The notes beneath the pieces are model-generated. The model was not told the DNA's origin. It did not search any database and worked only from the letters and a program-made list of their open reading frames with translations. Below are positions 27,798-36,728 of a stretch of 61,113 bases of DNA, piece by piece (position 1 is the stretch's first letter; every line of letters begins with the position of its first letter). This stretch comes from a virus (lineage: Duplodnaviria; Caudoviricetes), in IMG/VR virus record IMGVR_UViG_3300038308_000004, positions 1-61,113 of that record, one strand, 5' to 3'. The position numbers and the translations under genes were made by a program.

Positions 27798-29834
27798 TCA
27801 GAATATGATCTTGATGGTTCTTTCTACATGCCCTTTGAGCTTGCAAATCAACGAATTTCGCTTCGTCGAACTGAAGCCCAGGCCGGACAATTGATCCTCC
27901 GACGGATCAACACGCATCTTGCTGCCAAGAGCCTCAAACACCCGCTTATGCGGCATCAAATCTTCCCGTAGAAACTCATTGAAGAACCCGTTGGGCTGGG
28001 TATCGTTTCGGCACCCCTTCAGGATAAAGAAATAGTGCCGATGGCCGATCCCAGTTTGCTTATCCCAGTAATTTGGCGAGAACATGCAGACCGAGACCGG
28101 ATGAAACTGGTTGGTATCGAACCCCCAGATCTTCTTGGAGGCCATAGTTGATGGCAGGGATTCAACGATCTGAAATCCTTGGCCCCGGCGATATCGAACC
28201 CGGGCCACCCTCACCCTTTCGTCCTGCCGCAGCTCCTTTCTGTACTCGTAGGCGTAAATCTGCCCATTGTATTCGATCTCTGCTGCGAACCCTGAAACGC
28301 CTCCCCGATGGCTATAACAATGAACGGAGAAGTCATAATCCCCCTCTGGCATCCGCCCCAGCCAGGACCAGATAATGTTCTCCACTGCTACCTGATCTTT
28401 TTGGGGATGGATGATGTCCACATCCAGCATCCCGGTGGAGGGATGCCTTCTACCCTTGTTGGGGTAATAGATGTGATTCCCTCCCGGCTCGACGCAATGC
28501 GCGTCGAAATCGTTGAGGTTATCTCCATCCTCATTCCATTGGATGGAGAACCGAAGCACGCCTTCAACATTCCCCCCAGCGGCCTTGACCCGCTCCTTCA
28601 TGCTGTCCGTGGTGTTCCCGTTATAGGCCCAGGAAAAGGCGTTGCCCCACTTGAACAACGTGGGGCTACTGCCGAAAACCGGGGCGATCACGGAGACCAG
28701 GTTGGGAGCATGGCGGTTTTCGAGGAACGCCTCGATATGGGTTGTCCTGGGCAGGATATGCCCCAGGAAATGCTCAATTCCAACCTCCTCCACTCGGTCA
28801 AACTGCTTGGGATTGATTCCCACCTCCCGTTGCAACTCGGCGAAGACATTTCCCCCCATTTGCTTCAGCGTGTCGCGGTTGGCGAACAAGATGTTGTTAA
28901 TCGTGATGTCCTCGATGCAGGCAAACCGCCGCCCCAGGGAATTGAGCAGCCCCATATCTGCTAGCGTTTGCTGTGCCTGCTCTACCATCCGCTTCGTGAA
29001 GACAGCCCGGGGCCGCTTGTAGTTCGTGGGGGCGACAATCGCTTCATACCGCCTTACGGCCTGGTCCAACTCCATACCTTCCGCGATATCAGTCAATAGG
29101 ACGCCGATCGAATGGTTGCGGATCTTGCCGATGGCCCCACCGACCTCGACCGACTTATTCCAGCAAAAGCAGTCCATTTCCTCGGCTGGTAGGCTGTGAT
29201 ACTCGTTGTGCAGAGCCAGGAATTTTGTCAAGGGCCCTTGCCACTCTTCGCCCTTATAGAGAGAGTTTTGGGCGATGAGATCAAGGACGGTCTCAATAGC
29301 ATCCCTTGAGATCTCGTCCAGGGATCGCTTGAAGACATTCTTGACGTCCCTGAACGCAGCCATGAGGGAAGCATCTGATGTGCTGGATCGAGGGACCGTA
29401 AAACGCTTCGGGAGATCTATGCGAAAGTGCTCCCAGGTGTGGACCGTTCCGTCCTCTCGCTGCTCGTAGTTTTTGTCCGTTCCAAATCCCTGTTCTTTGG
29501 TAACAAAGACATCACGGATAGGAGCAGACCTTACAAGAGATGATAGCGCGTCAACAATTGGCTGATATTCTCCTGCCTGGAAGTCCCAGATGGTTACCAC
29601 CTTATTTTCTTTGATGACAATTGCGTTCCCAAACGCTCGGATGAATTGGCGGCAGCAATGGCAATCATGCTCCCTGCGCTCTCTGAATATCTCGTTGGTT
29701 CCCGGAGGGAAGCTTCTCAGGTATGTCTCCCACAGCCGATCTTTATCGACTTCGGCAATGAAGAGATGGGTTTGCTGTTCCAGCATTGCCAGAACGTGAG
29801 CTTGTAATATTTGTTTGAATTTTATAAACTCCAT
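27798..29834 (-). CDS. large conserved phage hypothetical protein
   Basis: 678 aa; HDCHCC; FSIQW...DFDAHC...LDVD...VENI segment resembling DUF2135/YfaP-like domains. Confidence 0.8.
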   Translation of the reverse strand: MEFIKFKQILQAHVLAMLEQQTHLFIAEVDKDRLWETYLRSFPPGTNEIFRERREHDCHCCRQFIRAFGNAIVIKENKVVTIWDFQAGEYQPIVDALSSLVRSAPIRDVFVTKEQGFGTDKNYEQREDGTVHTWEHFRIDLPKRFTVPRSSTSDASLMAAFRDVKNVFKRSLDEISRDAIETVLDLIAQNSLYKGEEWQGPLTKFLALHNEYHSLPAEEMDCFCWNKSVEVGGAIGKIRNHSIGVLLTDIAEGMELDQAVRRYEAIVAPTNYKRPRAVFTKRMVEQAQQTLADMGLLNSLGRRFACIEDITINNILFANRDTLKQMGGNVFAELQREVGINPKQFDRVEEVGIEHFLGHILPRTTHIEAFLENRHAPNLVSVIAPVFGSSPTLFKWGNAFSWAYNGNTTDSMKERVKAAGGNVEGVLRFSIQWNEDGDNLNDFDAHCVEPGGNHIYYPNKGRRHPSTGMLDVDIIHPQKDQVAVENIIWSWLGRMPEGDYDFSVHCYSHRGGVSGFAAEIEYNGQIYAYEYRKELRQDERVRVARVRYRRGQGFQIVESLPSTMASKKIWGFDTNQFHPVSVCMFSPNYWDKQTGIGHRHYFFILKGCRNDTQPNGFFNEFLREDLMPHKRVFEALGSKMRVDPSEDQLSGLGFSSTKRNSLICKLKGHVERTIKIIF

Positions 29835-29919
29835 TGGTCCTCCCTCCTTTGTTCGGGCCTATCTTCCCAACAGATCCTCCGCCAGCCGGAGGAGATCCTC
29901 CACCCCCTCCTGCCGTGTG

Positions 29920-30074
29920 CCTGAGCCAATCTCTGTATGCCCCATTGTCGAATCCCCAGGGCTCTCCTGGATAAGGCGTGGGCTTCTGGTCACAATCCAA
30001 ATGCGACCATATCCCCGTCCTTGAAGCCAGGAGACCAATTTTTTGTCGCGAGTGTCCCCAGTGAGGAAAATCAC
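29920..30074 (-). pseudogene. frameshifted, truncated gene remnant (DNGAY motif)
   Basis: GTG 30074 overlaps the upstream stop; IFLTGDTR...GRIWI shifts frame into DQKPTPYPGEPWGFDNGAYRDWL, then breaks off before the 27798..29834 gene. Confidence 0.5.
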
Positions 30075-30325
30075 TTCAAGCACCTCCCACGATACGCCCT
30101 CACCCGCTCCTCGTACCACTCCTGCAGATCCTCCCCGCGCCCGATCTCGCCCCAGTCGTGTCCGTTGAGGCAGATCACCCTGCCGCCTCTGTGGTCGAGC
30201 CGTTCCAGGCCGTGGGCATCGCGCACGGAGACCGGGGCGCCGCACAGGGCGCAGGGGCCGCGCTTGCCCGAGCATTGAGTGCGGGAGCTGAGGTGATCGC
30301 GATCGCAACGACAGCAGGTCAACAC
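30071..30325 (-). CDS. Cys-rich Zn-finger protein
   Basis: CCRC, CALC and CLNGH motifs. Confidence 0.55.
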   Translation of the reverse strand: MLTCCRCDRDHLSSRTQCSGKRGPCALCGAPVSVRDAHGLERLDHRGGRVICLNGHDWGEIGRGEDLQEWYEERVRAYRGRCLK

Positions 30326-30546
30326 TCGGAATCCTCCTCCTCAGATTCTATCATTTCAACTGTATGACATTCCCCTTTTAGATGAGGTCCCAACATAAGA
30401 CATTGACCGGGATAGCAACATCCTTCGTTCATCATCTCGCCTTCATCATAGAGCAGCATATTGCAAGCGTCTTCTCCACTATCCTCGTCAATGTTGAGCT
30501 CCCACTCCCATTGGCATGAGAGGGAGATTCCATCCTCGATCCTCAT
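30319..30546 (-). CDS. small acidic Cys-rich protein
   Basis: ATGA overlap with the radical SAM gene stop. Confidence 0.5.
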   Translation of the reverse strand: MRIEDGISLSCQWEWELNIDEDSGEDACNMLLYDEGEMMNEGCCYPGQCLMLGPHLKGECHTVEMIESEEEDSEC

Positions 30547-31346
30547 TTTCTTCCCCGATATGCCGCTGGCCGGCTCCACTTCCGGGCCAGCGCCTTCCAA
30601 TGCCAGTCGTATGGCGGCATCGCCTGGCAGCTATCAGCGGGCCTGTAAAGCTGCGCGAATGGGAGAAACCCCAGCGCATACACTCGCTCTAGCCGCGCCT
30701 CTGCCTCCTGAATCGAGCCCAGCCCGATCATGCAGTAGCACCGCTTTTTCTTGATGTCGAGCCATGTTAGCATCTCCGCTGCTCTTTGCAATGGCTTGAT
30801 CGCCGCAGCGGAATCACAGGCAAACCATACCCCTCCCAGCCGCGGCAGCCCTCGGATCAGGTCAATGTGCCAGGGCTGGAGCAAAGTGGCATCCAGGCCG
30901 CCACTGAACACGGCTCCCCGGCGCTGCTGGGAGAGCATATCGAAAACGGCCTCGATATGGGGGCGGGAGCAGGCCAGGAGGTTGTTATCAGCGATGATGT
31001 GCCCGGGCCGGATCGGGAGCTCCATGATGTTGCCCTCCCGCTTCGGCACTAGGCAAAAGGGACAGTGATGGGGGCAGCCCCGGCTGGTAAAGATGATGCC
31101 GGGCTTGATGAAGAGTCCGGGCTCAAAGTCGTCTCCGGGGTCATCGAAAGCCGGCCCTCCCAGGGTCACATGGGGGTAGAAAGCCCCCCAGGCGCGAGCC
31201 AAGCGCCGACTTTCGGGGATGTCCCAGGAAAAGACACACGACACTCGCACATCATCGTCTTTTGGCCGAAAGAGAGGAGGATCACCTACGAAGGCCAGAG
31301 GATCAGTAGGAGTGTATGAAGTCCTCCTCGGGAATACTCGGATCAT
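30543..31346 (-). CDS. radical SAM protein
   Basis: TSRGCPHHCPFC (CxxxCxxC), DNNLLA. Confidence 0.88.
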   Translation of the reverse strand: MIRVFPRRTSYTPTDPLAFVGDPPLFRPKDDDVRVSCVFSWDIPESRRLARAWGAFYPHVTLGGPAFDDPGDDFEPGLFIKPGIIFTSRGCPHHCPFCLVPKREGNIMELPIRPGHIIADNNLLACSRPHIEAVFDMLSQQRRGAVFSGGLDATLLQPWHIDLIRGLPRLGGVWFACDSAAAIKPLQRAAEMLTWLDIKKKRCYCMIGLGSIQEAEARLERVYALGFLPFAQLYRPADSCQAMPPYDWHWKALARKWSRPAAYRGRK

Positions 31347-31511
31347 AGCTCCTTCCTTTCATCCCCCAAATTCTTGCCCACCAGGATGCCTTTTAAGGCA
31401 CCCGCCCCCACCCCCCCCACCCAACAACATTACACACACATAAAATCAACGCAAGGGCGGTTTATGTGAGCGAGAGGGCCAATTTTAGGGAGCAACAGAG
31501 GGGGCTTATCT

Positions 31512-31961
31512 TCAGTTCTCTCCCCGCATCTCCGCGACACACCCGGGGCAGCCGCTCTCCCGGCTCGCGTCCCACCACCCATGAGTGGGACAGCTATACT
31601 TCAGGTGCGGGGGGGTCGCTCTCGCCGCTTTCAGGATGGCGACGACATGATCCCGCTCCCGGGTATAGGGGACGGTTCTAAGCCAGCGAATATCCTCCTC
31701 GATCAACTCTCTGTAGGCTTCAGGGGTTAACTGGTTAGACCGCTCGGCGGCATCAGCCGAGCGGCCTTCCTGGTTGTCCACTGCTTCCTTAACCGCCAGC
31801 CAGAGGTCGCGCAAAATCGCGGCCCTGGGGTTATCCTCACCCAGCCATCTCTCATCGGAGAGGAGATGATCCAGGTGTTTGAATTTCTCGTAGACCCCCC
31901 TTCGCAATTCCTCCAAGGGGCCGCCGATATTAGCGCCATACTGCGCTTCCCGCTCGCTCAT
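31512..31961 (-). CDS. hypothetical protein
   Basis: AGGAG RBS; C-terminal CPTH...CPGC. Confidence 0.6.
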   Translation of the reverse strand: MSEREAQYGANIGGPLEELRRGVYEKFKHLDHLLSDERWLGEDNPRAAILRDLWLAVKEAVDNQEGRSADAAERSNQLTPEAYRELIEEDIRWLRTVPYTRERDHVVAILKAARATPPHLKYSCPTHGWWDASRESGCPGCVAEMRGEN

Positions 31962-32137
31962 GGCCAGGGCTCCTCTTTTTTGATCCTCACCATGGTTTTG
32001 ACCATCTGTCCCCCAGCGCAGCAACGGGGAGCGTTTTCGGGGGGATCATCCTCGCTGCACCATTGCCCGCTGATAAGACCACAGGTCTGGCATTGCCAGT
32101 GCCAGACTTCAGCATAGCTATTGTCCTTCTCGCTCAT
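31958..32137 (-). CDS. small Zn-ribbon protein
   Basis: WQCQTCG...PRCC. Confidence 0.5.
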   Translation of the reverse strand: MSEKDNSYAEVWHWQCQTCGLISGQWCSEDDPPENAPRCCAGGQMVKTMVRIKKEEPWP

Positions 32138-32615
32138 TTCTATCCAACCATATTTTATGGGTTTCCTTCCACTCCCCATTTCCTATGCTTTTGGCCACCT
32201 GCTCCCGGAACCAGCGCACATGCTCTCGGCGCGTGGGGCGGCAGAGGATCTTGGGCTCGGTATAGGTATGCAGCCACAACCACCACGTTGGCGCGAGACT
32301 CCAGGAAAACTTGTCCGCCCGAAACATGCGGCTCTCTGGCTCCCCACTGTGCTCGCTATGGCCTGCAACCAGGAGGTAGCCCTCGCGTCCGAAGAGTATC
32401 CCCGCGATTCTTGCCCCCAGCTCCCAATGGCCCTTCTTCTCCTCATAGTTATCGAGGTAATTGCGGCCGAGATGGCCAAGATCGTGCACGATAATGCAGG
32501 CCCACTCCCACGGGCTCGGCCATACACCATAGAGGCGACGCCAGGCCAGGCCGACGAGGAGGGAGTGGATGGGGCTGTGGCAGCCGATGATGACGGAGAT
32601 AGTGCCCTGGGTCAA
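32118..32615 (-). CDS. HD-like hypothetical protein
   Basis: HDLGH, HWELGA, GHS and ADK resemble HD-fold metal ligands; TTG start overlaps the upstream stop. Confidence 0.55.
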   Translation of the reverse strand: MTQGTISVIIGCHSPIHSLLVGLAWRRLYGVWPSPWEWACIIVHDLGHLGRNYLDNYEEKKGHWELGARIAGILFGREGYLLVAGHSEHSGEPESRMFRADKFSWSLAPTWWLWLHTYTEPKILCRPTRREHVRWFREQVAKSIGNGEWKETHKIWLDRNEREGQ

Positions 32616-33655
32616 AATAGCCTCCCCTGCTGAGCCCTCTTGGGCTTTAGCGCATGAGGGGAGAACCAGATCCTTTCCTTGTTCGAGTTCTCCCGCCCCC
32701 TGCCATTGCCCTGTGTACCATAGCCACCATGGGCTTTCCAGTCCACGACATCCCATCCTACTGCCTCCAATGCCTCATGGCCCTCCCCAACATAGCCCGA
32801 CAACGCGATCCGCAGCAATGGATTATCGCCATTCTCCAGGCACCACTTGCGCACATCATGGGCCACGGTCATGTCGTCGCAGGAGTAAACCGTATCTCGG
32901 CCCGCCTCTGCGGAATAGGGTGGATCCAGATATATGCCCGTAAGACCCTGTTTCCATGTCGGGGTTGGTCCCATGATCCGGCTCCAGTCTCCGCAGCAGA
33001 CCCTGACGCGCCGAAGTCTCTGGGCCAAGGCCTCCATCCACTGGTAGAGGCCGCAGAGTCCCTCGCCACACTGGGGGCAGATCTCGTGTCCCCGCCCCGC
33101 ATCCCCCAGGTGGACGAGCCGTCGGTTCACTCCCCGCCCCGCATCCCCCAGGTAGACGAGCCGTCGGTTCACTCCCCGCCCCGCATCCCCCAGGTGGACG
33201 AGGTTAAAGATGCCATTTGCATCTTCTATCGCCCTCCATGGCCCCTTCCCCGAACAGAACTCGCCGCCGATCCAGCAAGAGATCCCCCACACCCACCAGC
33301 CCGCAATTTTGGCGTCGTAGTAATCGGGATCGGCCTCGAGGCGAGAGATGAGCGCGTCCTTTCTCTCTACCAGCCAGAGATGGCGGGCATGGAGGTCATT
33401 CTCATTGACCATGTGGTCGGCATACCGGGCCACGGTTGCGGGGTCATCGCGGATCGCCCTAAAGACGTTACACACAAACCCATCTTTGTCGTTCACGGTT
33501 TCGATGACGGTATCCGGGAGTCTGGGACGGGAGAGCAATACAGCGCCGGAGCCGAAGAAGGGCTCACAGTAATTCGACACATCGGCCCCCAGCCGCTCCC
33601 AGATGAGTGGGGCTACGGTGCTCTTACCACCAAAATATGGGAAGGGTGCCTTCAA
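32612..33655 (-). CDS. DNA adenine methyltransferase (Dam/D12 class)
   Basis: PFPYFGGKS, EPFFGSG, YLDPPY; TTG 33655 behind AGGAGGAG. Confidence 0.9.
   Translation of the reverse strand: MKAPFPYFGGKSTVAPLIWERLGADVSNYCEPFFGSGAVLLSRPRLPDTVIETVNDKDGFVCNVFRAIRDDPATVARYADHMVNENDLHARHLWLVERKDALISRLEADPDYYDAKIAGWWVWGISCWIGGEFCSGKGPWRAIEDANGIFNLVHLGDAGRGVNRRLVYLGDAGRGVNRRLVHLGDAGRGHEICPQCGEGLCGLYQWMEALAQRLRRVRVCCGDWSRIMGPTPTWKQGLTGIYLDPPYSAEAGRDTVYSCDDMTVAHDVRKWCLENGDNPLLRIALSGYVGEGHEALEAVGWDVVDWKAHGGYGTQGNGRGRENSNKERIWFSPHALKPKRAQQGRLF
33089..33202. repeat. in-frame 42-bp tandem repeat (about 2.7 copies) in the MTase gene
   Basis: Units start at 33089, 33131 and 33173, encoding LV(H/Y)LGDAGRGVNRR. 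Confidence 0.92.
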
Positions 33656-34413
33656 TGGAGATCTCCTCCTGCCTTCTCCATCTCCACCATGACCGCACTC
33701 ACCTCGGTCCCGCTCTCCCGGAAGCTCCCCTCGGGTAGCGTCCTCCAACTCCCATTGGTTTCCACCAGCGCCCGGAACTCTTGTGATTTGCGATTGCTCC
33801 GAAACGTCCACCCAGCGGACATGATCGCCACCAGCCGCCCTCCGGGCTTGAGGGCCTGCCAGGCATGAAGCACATGATCAATGTCCTTCTGGCCGGAGAA
33901 TGGAGGGTTCATGATCACGCGATCATAGATTGCCGTCCAGGAGAATCCCAGGAAATCTCCCTGAATAACCCTCCCGAATCCCTTGCGGATCAATACATTT
34001 ACATTTTCTGGTAAGATTTCCACACAGAGAATCGCACTCGTTCCAACTATCTCCGCCGCCGCCAGAGCCAGCGCCCCCTGCCCCGCCGAGGGCTCCAGCA
34101 CCGATTGCCCAGGGGATAGCCGAGCGGCACGGATAACCTCTCCAACGATCTCAGGCGGAGTGAAGTAGCAGCCCCACTCCTGCTGCTGGCTCACCACTTC
34201 CCCCGTGCTGAGTGCATCATAAAGCCGCGCCTCCGGGGACTCGGGGAACACGTGGCCGCCGGCCTTGCGGCTCCATTTGCCGCCCATGGCCACCAGAACC
34301 TTGTTGGTAGCCTCATAGCGGCGCCGATCCAGTTGCCCGCAGGTCAGTCGCAGGCAATTCCCTTCCACTTCTGCGCTGCTCAGGATCTGCAATATTTCGG
34401 ATGTAATTTTCAT
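33652..34413 (-). CDS. amino-methyltransferase (N6A/N4C, NPPF type)
   Basis: YFTP, VLEPSAGQG, IMNPPF, LKPGGRLVAI. Confidence 0.88.
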   Translation of the reverse strand: MKITSEILQILSSAEVEGNCLRLTCGQLDRRRYEATNKVLVAMGGKWSRKAGGHVFPESPEARLYDALSTGEVVSQQQEWGCYFTPPEIVGEVIRAARLSPGQSVLEPSAGQGALALAAAEIVGTSAILCVEILPENVNVLIRKGFGRVIQGDFLGFSWTAIYDRVIMNPPFSGQKDIDHVLHAWQALKPGGRLVAIMSAGWTFRSNRKSQEFRALVETNGSWRTLPEGSFRESGTEVSAVMVEMEKAGGDLH

Positions 34414-34420
34414 TTGTTTT

Positions 34421-34975
34421 TCATTTTCCCTCTCGTAGTGCCTCTTCTGCCCACTCCATATTTTGCTTCCTTTGCCCCTTGCCCTCGTCGCATCCCGGGC
34501 ACCCCACCCGCAGCCAAAACGGGCGCTTCTGCCCCCAGCGCCGGAACAAGTAGGGCTCCTTGACCCAGTAATATTCCACATAATTGCCGCACCAGGCACA
34601 ACGTTCCTCCGGGGGGCTGTCGGGATCGCAGGAGATGTCGGACTGAACCCAGTGAGGGTCCCAGACGCCGGGGTTGACGGCGTTGACGATGCCTCGAACA
34701 TCCTTCTTGCCCTCCAGGAAGTCGGCCAACTCTTTTTCCGATGCCATATCCTTGGGGATCGCCGGGGCATGCTCGCGGATTAGGGCCGCGAGGTTATCAT
34801 TCGGGTGGATCGATCGGACGGTACGGCAAATTTTGAGGATGGATTCCTCAAATTGCCAGTCAGAAAGGTCAGCAAGGATCTCCAGCCAAAAATCTTGGCT
34901 TTCTGGGGTTGGGTTGAGGCCGGGATGGGCCAGCGTAAGCCTGATCATTCCGTCTTTAAACGTCTTTCTTTCCAT
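34421..34975 (-). CDS. putative helicase loader/inhibitor, partner of the initiator
   Basis: Immediately after the O-like gene; W..IL.DL pattern; C-terminal CxxC pair. Confidence 0.5.
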   Translation of the reverse strand: MERKTFKDGMIRLTLAHPGLNPTPESQDFWLEILADLSDWQFEESILKICRTVRSIHPNDNLAALIREHAPAIPKDMASEKELADFLEGKKDVRGIVNAVNPGVWDPHWVQSDISCDPDSPPEERCAWCGNYVEYYWVKEPYLFRRWGQKRPFWLRVGCPGCDEGKGQRKQNMEWAEEALREGK

Positions 34976-35786
34976 CTCTCATCCTTTCCCTTTCTGCCTG
35001 TTTGGCGCGCACATCAGCCAGTACACGAGCGCGGGCCTCTGCCATTGCTGCGTCTTGTCCTATAGGTTGGGCCTTGCGTCCGTTGGGGCCAAATTCAACG
35101 GCCCTCCGATACCAGTTCCGTATCGTAGCTTTCCAGTCTACCATGGCTACTCCACGCCCATTAAAATTGTCTCGGCACTTTTCAAACTCTAAAGTGGCAT
35201 CAATTGAAGGCGTATTCTCGTTGGCCCATATTTTCATCTCTTCAAGGAGCGTGAGGGCTTCGGAACCTTCTGGGAAAGGAGTTTTTGTTAATCTCCTCTT
35301 TTTGGGGGCGGGAGGAGAAGCCTTTGCTTCTCTCTCTCTCTTTAGAGAGAGGTTTTTTTCTTTTGTATTATTTTCTTTTGTGGGTAAGGATTTCCTTACT
35401 ACCCCTGTTGGCTTTTCCTTACTACCTAGTAAGGATTTCCTTACTACCCTCTCAGGGGATACCCATGTCTCCCAATCCTTGTTAAATCTGTAGATAGAGG
35501 GGGGGGTAGTAAGGTTTTCCTTACTATGTAGTAAGGTTTTCCTTACTAGGATGTTTTTCTTGATGAGCCGCTCAATAGCATCCCAAACCGTCCATCTGGG
35601 AAACCCTGTTGCCTGTTGGAATTGGGTCAGGGAGATCATGTCTTCGCTCTTGTGCCACCCGTAAGTACGCCGGAGAACCACCATGAGGACACGAAACTCT
35701 GCCCCGGATAGCGGCATTTGGGCGAGTTTCTCCAGGATCTCATGGGCAATGTCTGTATGCCCATTCTCAGCTTGTGGCGATGCCAC
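34956..35786 (-). CDS. replication initiator, lambda O-like
   Basis: SPQAENGHTDIAHEILE...RRTYGWHKSEDMISLTQF...YRFNKDWETW; internal iterons. Confidence 0.9.
   Translation of the reverse strand: MASPQAENGHTDIAHEILEKLAQMPLSGAEFRVLMVVLRRTYGWHKSEDMISLTQFQQATGFPRWTVWDAIERLIKKNILVRKTLLHSKENLTTPPSIYRFNKDWETWVSPERVVRKSLLGSKEKPTGVVRKSLPTKENNTKEKNLSLKREREAKASPPAPKKRRLTKTPFPEGSEALTLLEEMKIWANENTPSIDATLEFEKCRDNFNGRGVAMVDWKATIRNWYRRAVEFGPNGRKAQPIGQDAAMAEARARVLADVRAKQAERERMRDGKKDV
35341..35548. other. putative replication origin: iterons plus AT-rich tract
   Basis: TAGTAAGG(A/T)TTTCCTTACTA at 35427, 35507 and 35529, variant at 35382, half-site at 35413; T-rich tract at 35341-35380. Confidence 0.85.
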
Positions 35787-35870
35787 TGCTTCCCCTCCAT
35801 CCAGGGTGCACGGCGAGGGGCGGAGAGTCAGGATGGTGACCCCCCGCGACCGGGCCAGGGTCTACCCCTC

Positions 35871-35944
35871 TTGAAAAGTTGATCTAAATATGATATCATC
35901 TTAGATACAAGATAATGATAGCATACACTACAGGAAAATGTCAA
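35871..35944. promoter_or_regulatory. opposing sigma70-type promoters with an operator-like palindrome
   Basis: + strand TTGAAA-N17-TATCAT (35871-35899); - strand TTGACA-N18-TATCAT (35944-35915); ATCTAA..ATGATATCAT.TTAGAT dyad at 35882-35906. Confidence 0.6.
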
Positions 35945-35968
35945 GGGGAAAATAGAAGGAGCCTGCAC

Positions 35969-36148
35969 ATGCGTAAAATTTCCCATAATGTCGAATTAGA
36001 CCCATTTTTGAAAGAGGCGATCGCTGATTTTTCTCGGAGAACAGGCAAACCCCAGAATGCCCTCATCCGGGAAGCCATCCGCGATTACCTGGAGAAGCAG
36101 GGCTACAGGGAGAAGGTCGCGCCCTCTCCCCCCGCCCCCACGCCATGA
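35969..36148 (+). CDS. ribbon-helix-helix (CopG-like) DNA-binding protein
   Basis: NVELDP...TGKPQNALIREAIRDYL; AAGGAG RBS. Confidence 0.8.
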   Translation: MRKISHNVELDPFLKEAIADFSRRTGKPQNALIREAIRDYLEKQGYREKVAPSPPAPTP

Positions 36149-36212
36149 TCCGCGAGCGCGCCGGGGAAGCCCTCCTTAGTCAAAGCGGCCCCCAAGGGGC
36201 CGCCCTTGACTG

Positions 36213-36284
36213 TTCCGGGTCGTCTAGCTGGTAGGACGGCGGACTTTGAATCCGCAGACCCAGGTTCGAGCCCTGGCCCGGAAG
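36213..36284 (+). tRNA. tRNA-Gln (anticodon TTG), CCA not encoded
   Basis: Acceptor TTCCGGG/CCCGGAA; D-arm; anticodon arm GCGGA-CTTTGAA-TCCGC; T-arm CCAGG-TTCGAGC-CCTGG. Confidence 0.95.
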
Positions 36285-36294
36285 CTCTCCCCGG

Positions 36295-36507
36295 TCAATC
36301 CTTATCCCACCACCAGCCCGCCGCCAAAATTCCCCCGGTGATGATCAATCCTATCAATGCCATGTATCCCCCAAAGCTCCAGGCATCGTAGGACTGATAT
36401 CCCTGATCTAAATGGGCCAGTATGAATCTGCAGCGCAGAAAGGCCCACCCTCCCCACCACACCAGGAAGGCGAGGGCGATGAGGATACTGATGGCCTTCG
36501 CTTTCAT
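36295..36507 (-). CDS. small two-TM membrane protein
   Basis: Two hydrophobic helices; ATGA overlap with the upstream gene. Confidence 0.6.
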   Translation of the reverse strand: MKAKAISILIALAFLVWWGGWAFLRCRFILAHLDQGYQSYDAWSFGGYMALIGLIITGGILAAGWWWDKD

Positions 36508-36728
36508 CCTTGCCTCATCTCGATCTCGCAGCATCCCCGGCCGCAGGGCAGGGGCAGCCCTTCAGTGCGAGCGATGACGCTGGCGATCCTGAGCAGCTCG
36601 TTGATATGCCGCTGGCAGAATTCTCCCCTTTGCCCATGCCGGGCTATGTTGCCCACGGCTTGCAGAGCCTCCTCGAAGCTGATTTTGGTGGATACGGACT
36701 CGAATTTTTTTTCCTCTTGGATTTTCAT
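36504..36728 (-). CDS. hypothetical protein
   Basis: GAGG RBS, abuts the SPFH gene stop. Confidence 0.5.
   Translation of the reverse strand: MKIQEEKKFESVSTKISFEEALQAVGNIARHGQRGEFCQRHINELLRIASVIARTEGLPLPCGRGCCEIEMRQG

Noticed and set aside
33089-33202. Possible CRISPR array
   Set aside because: Repeats are contiguous with no unique spacers and are in-frame within a gene; no cas genes are present
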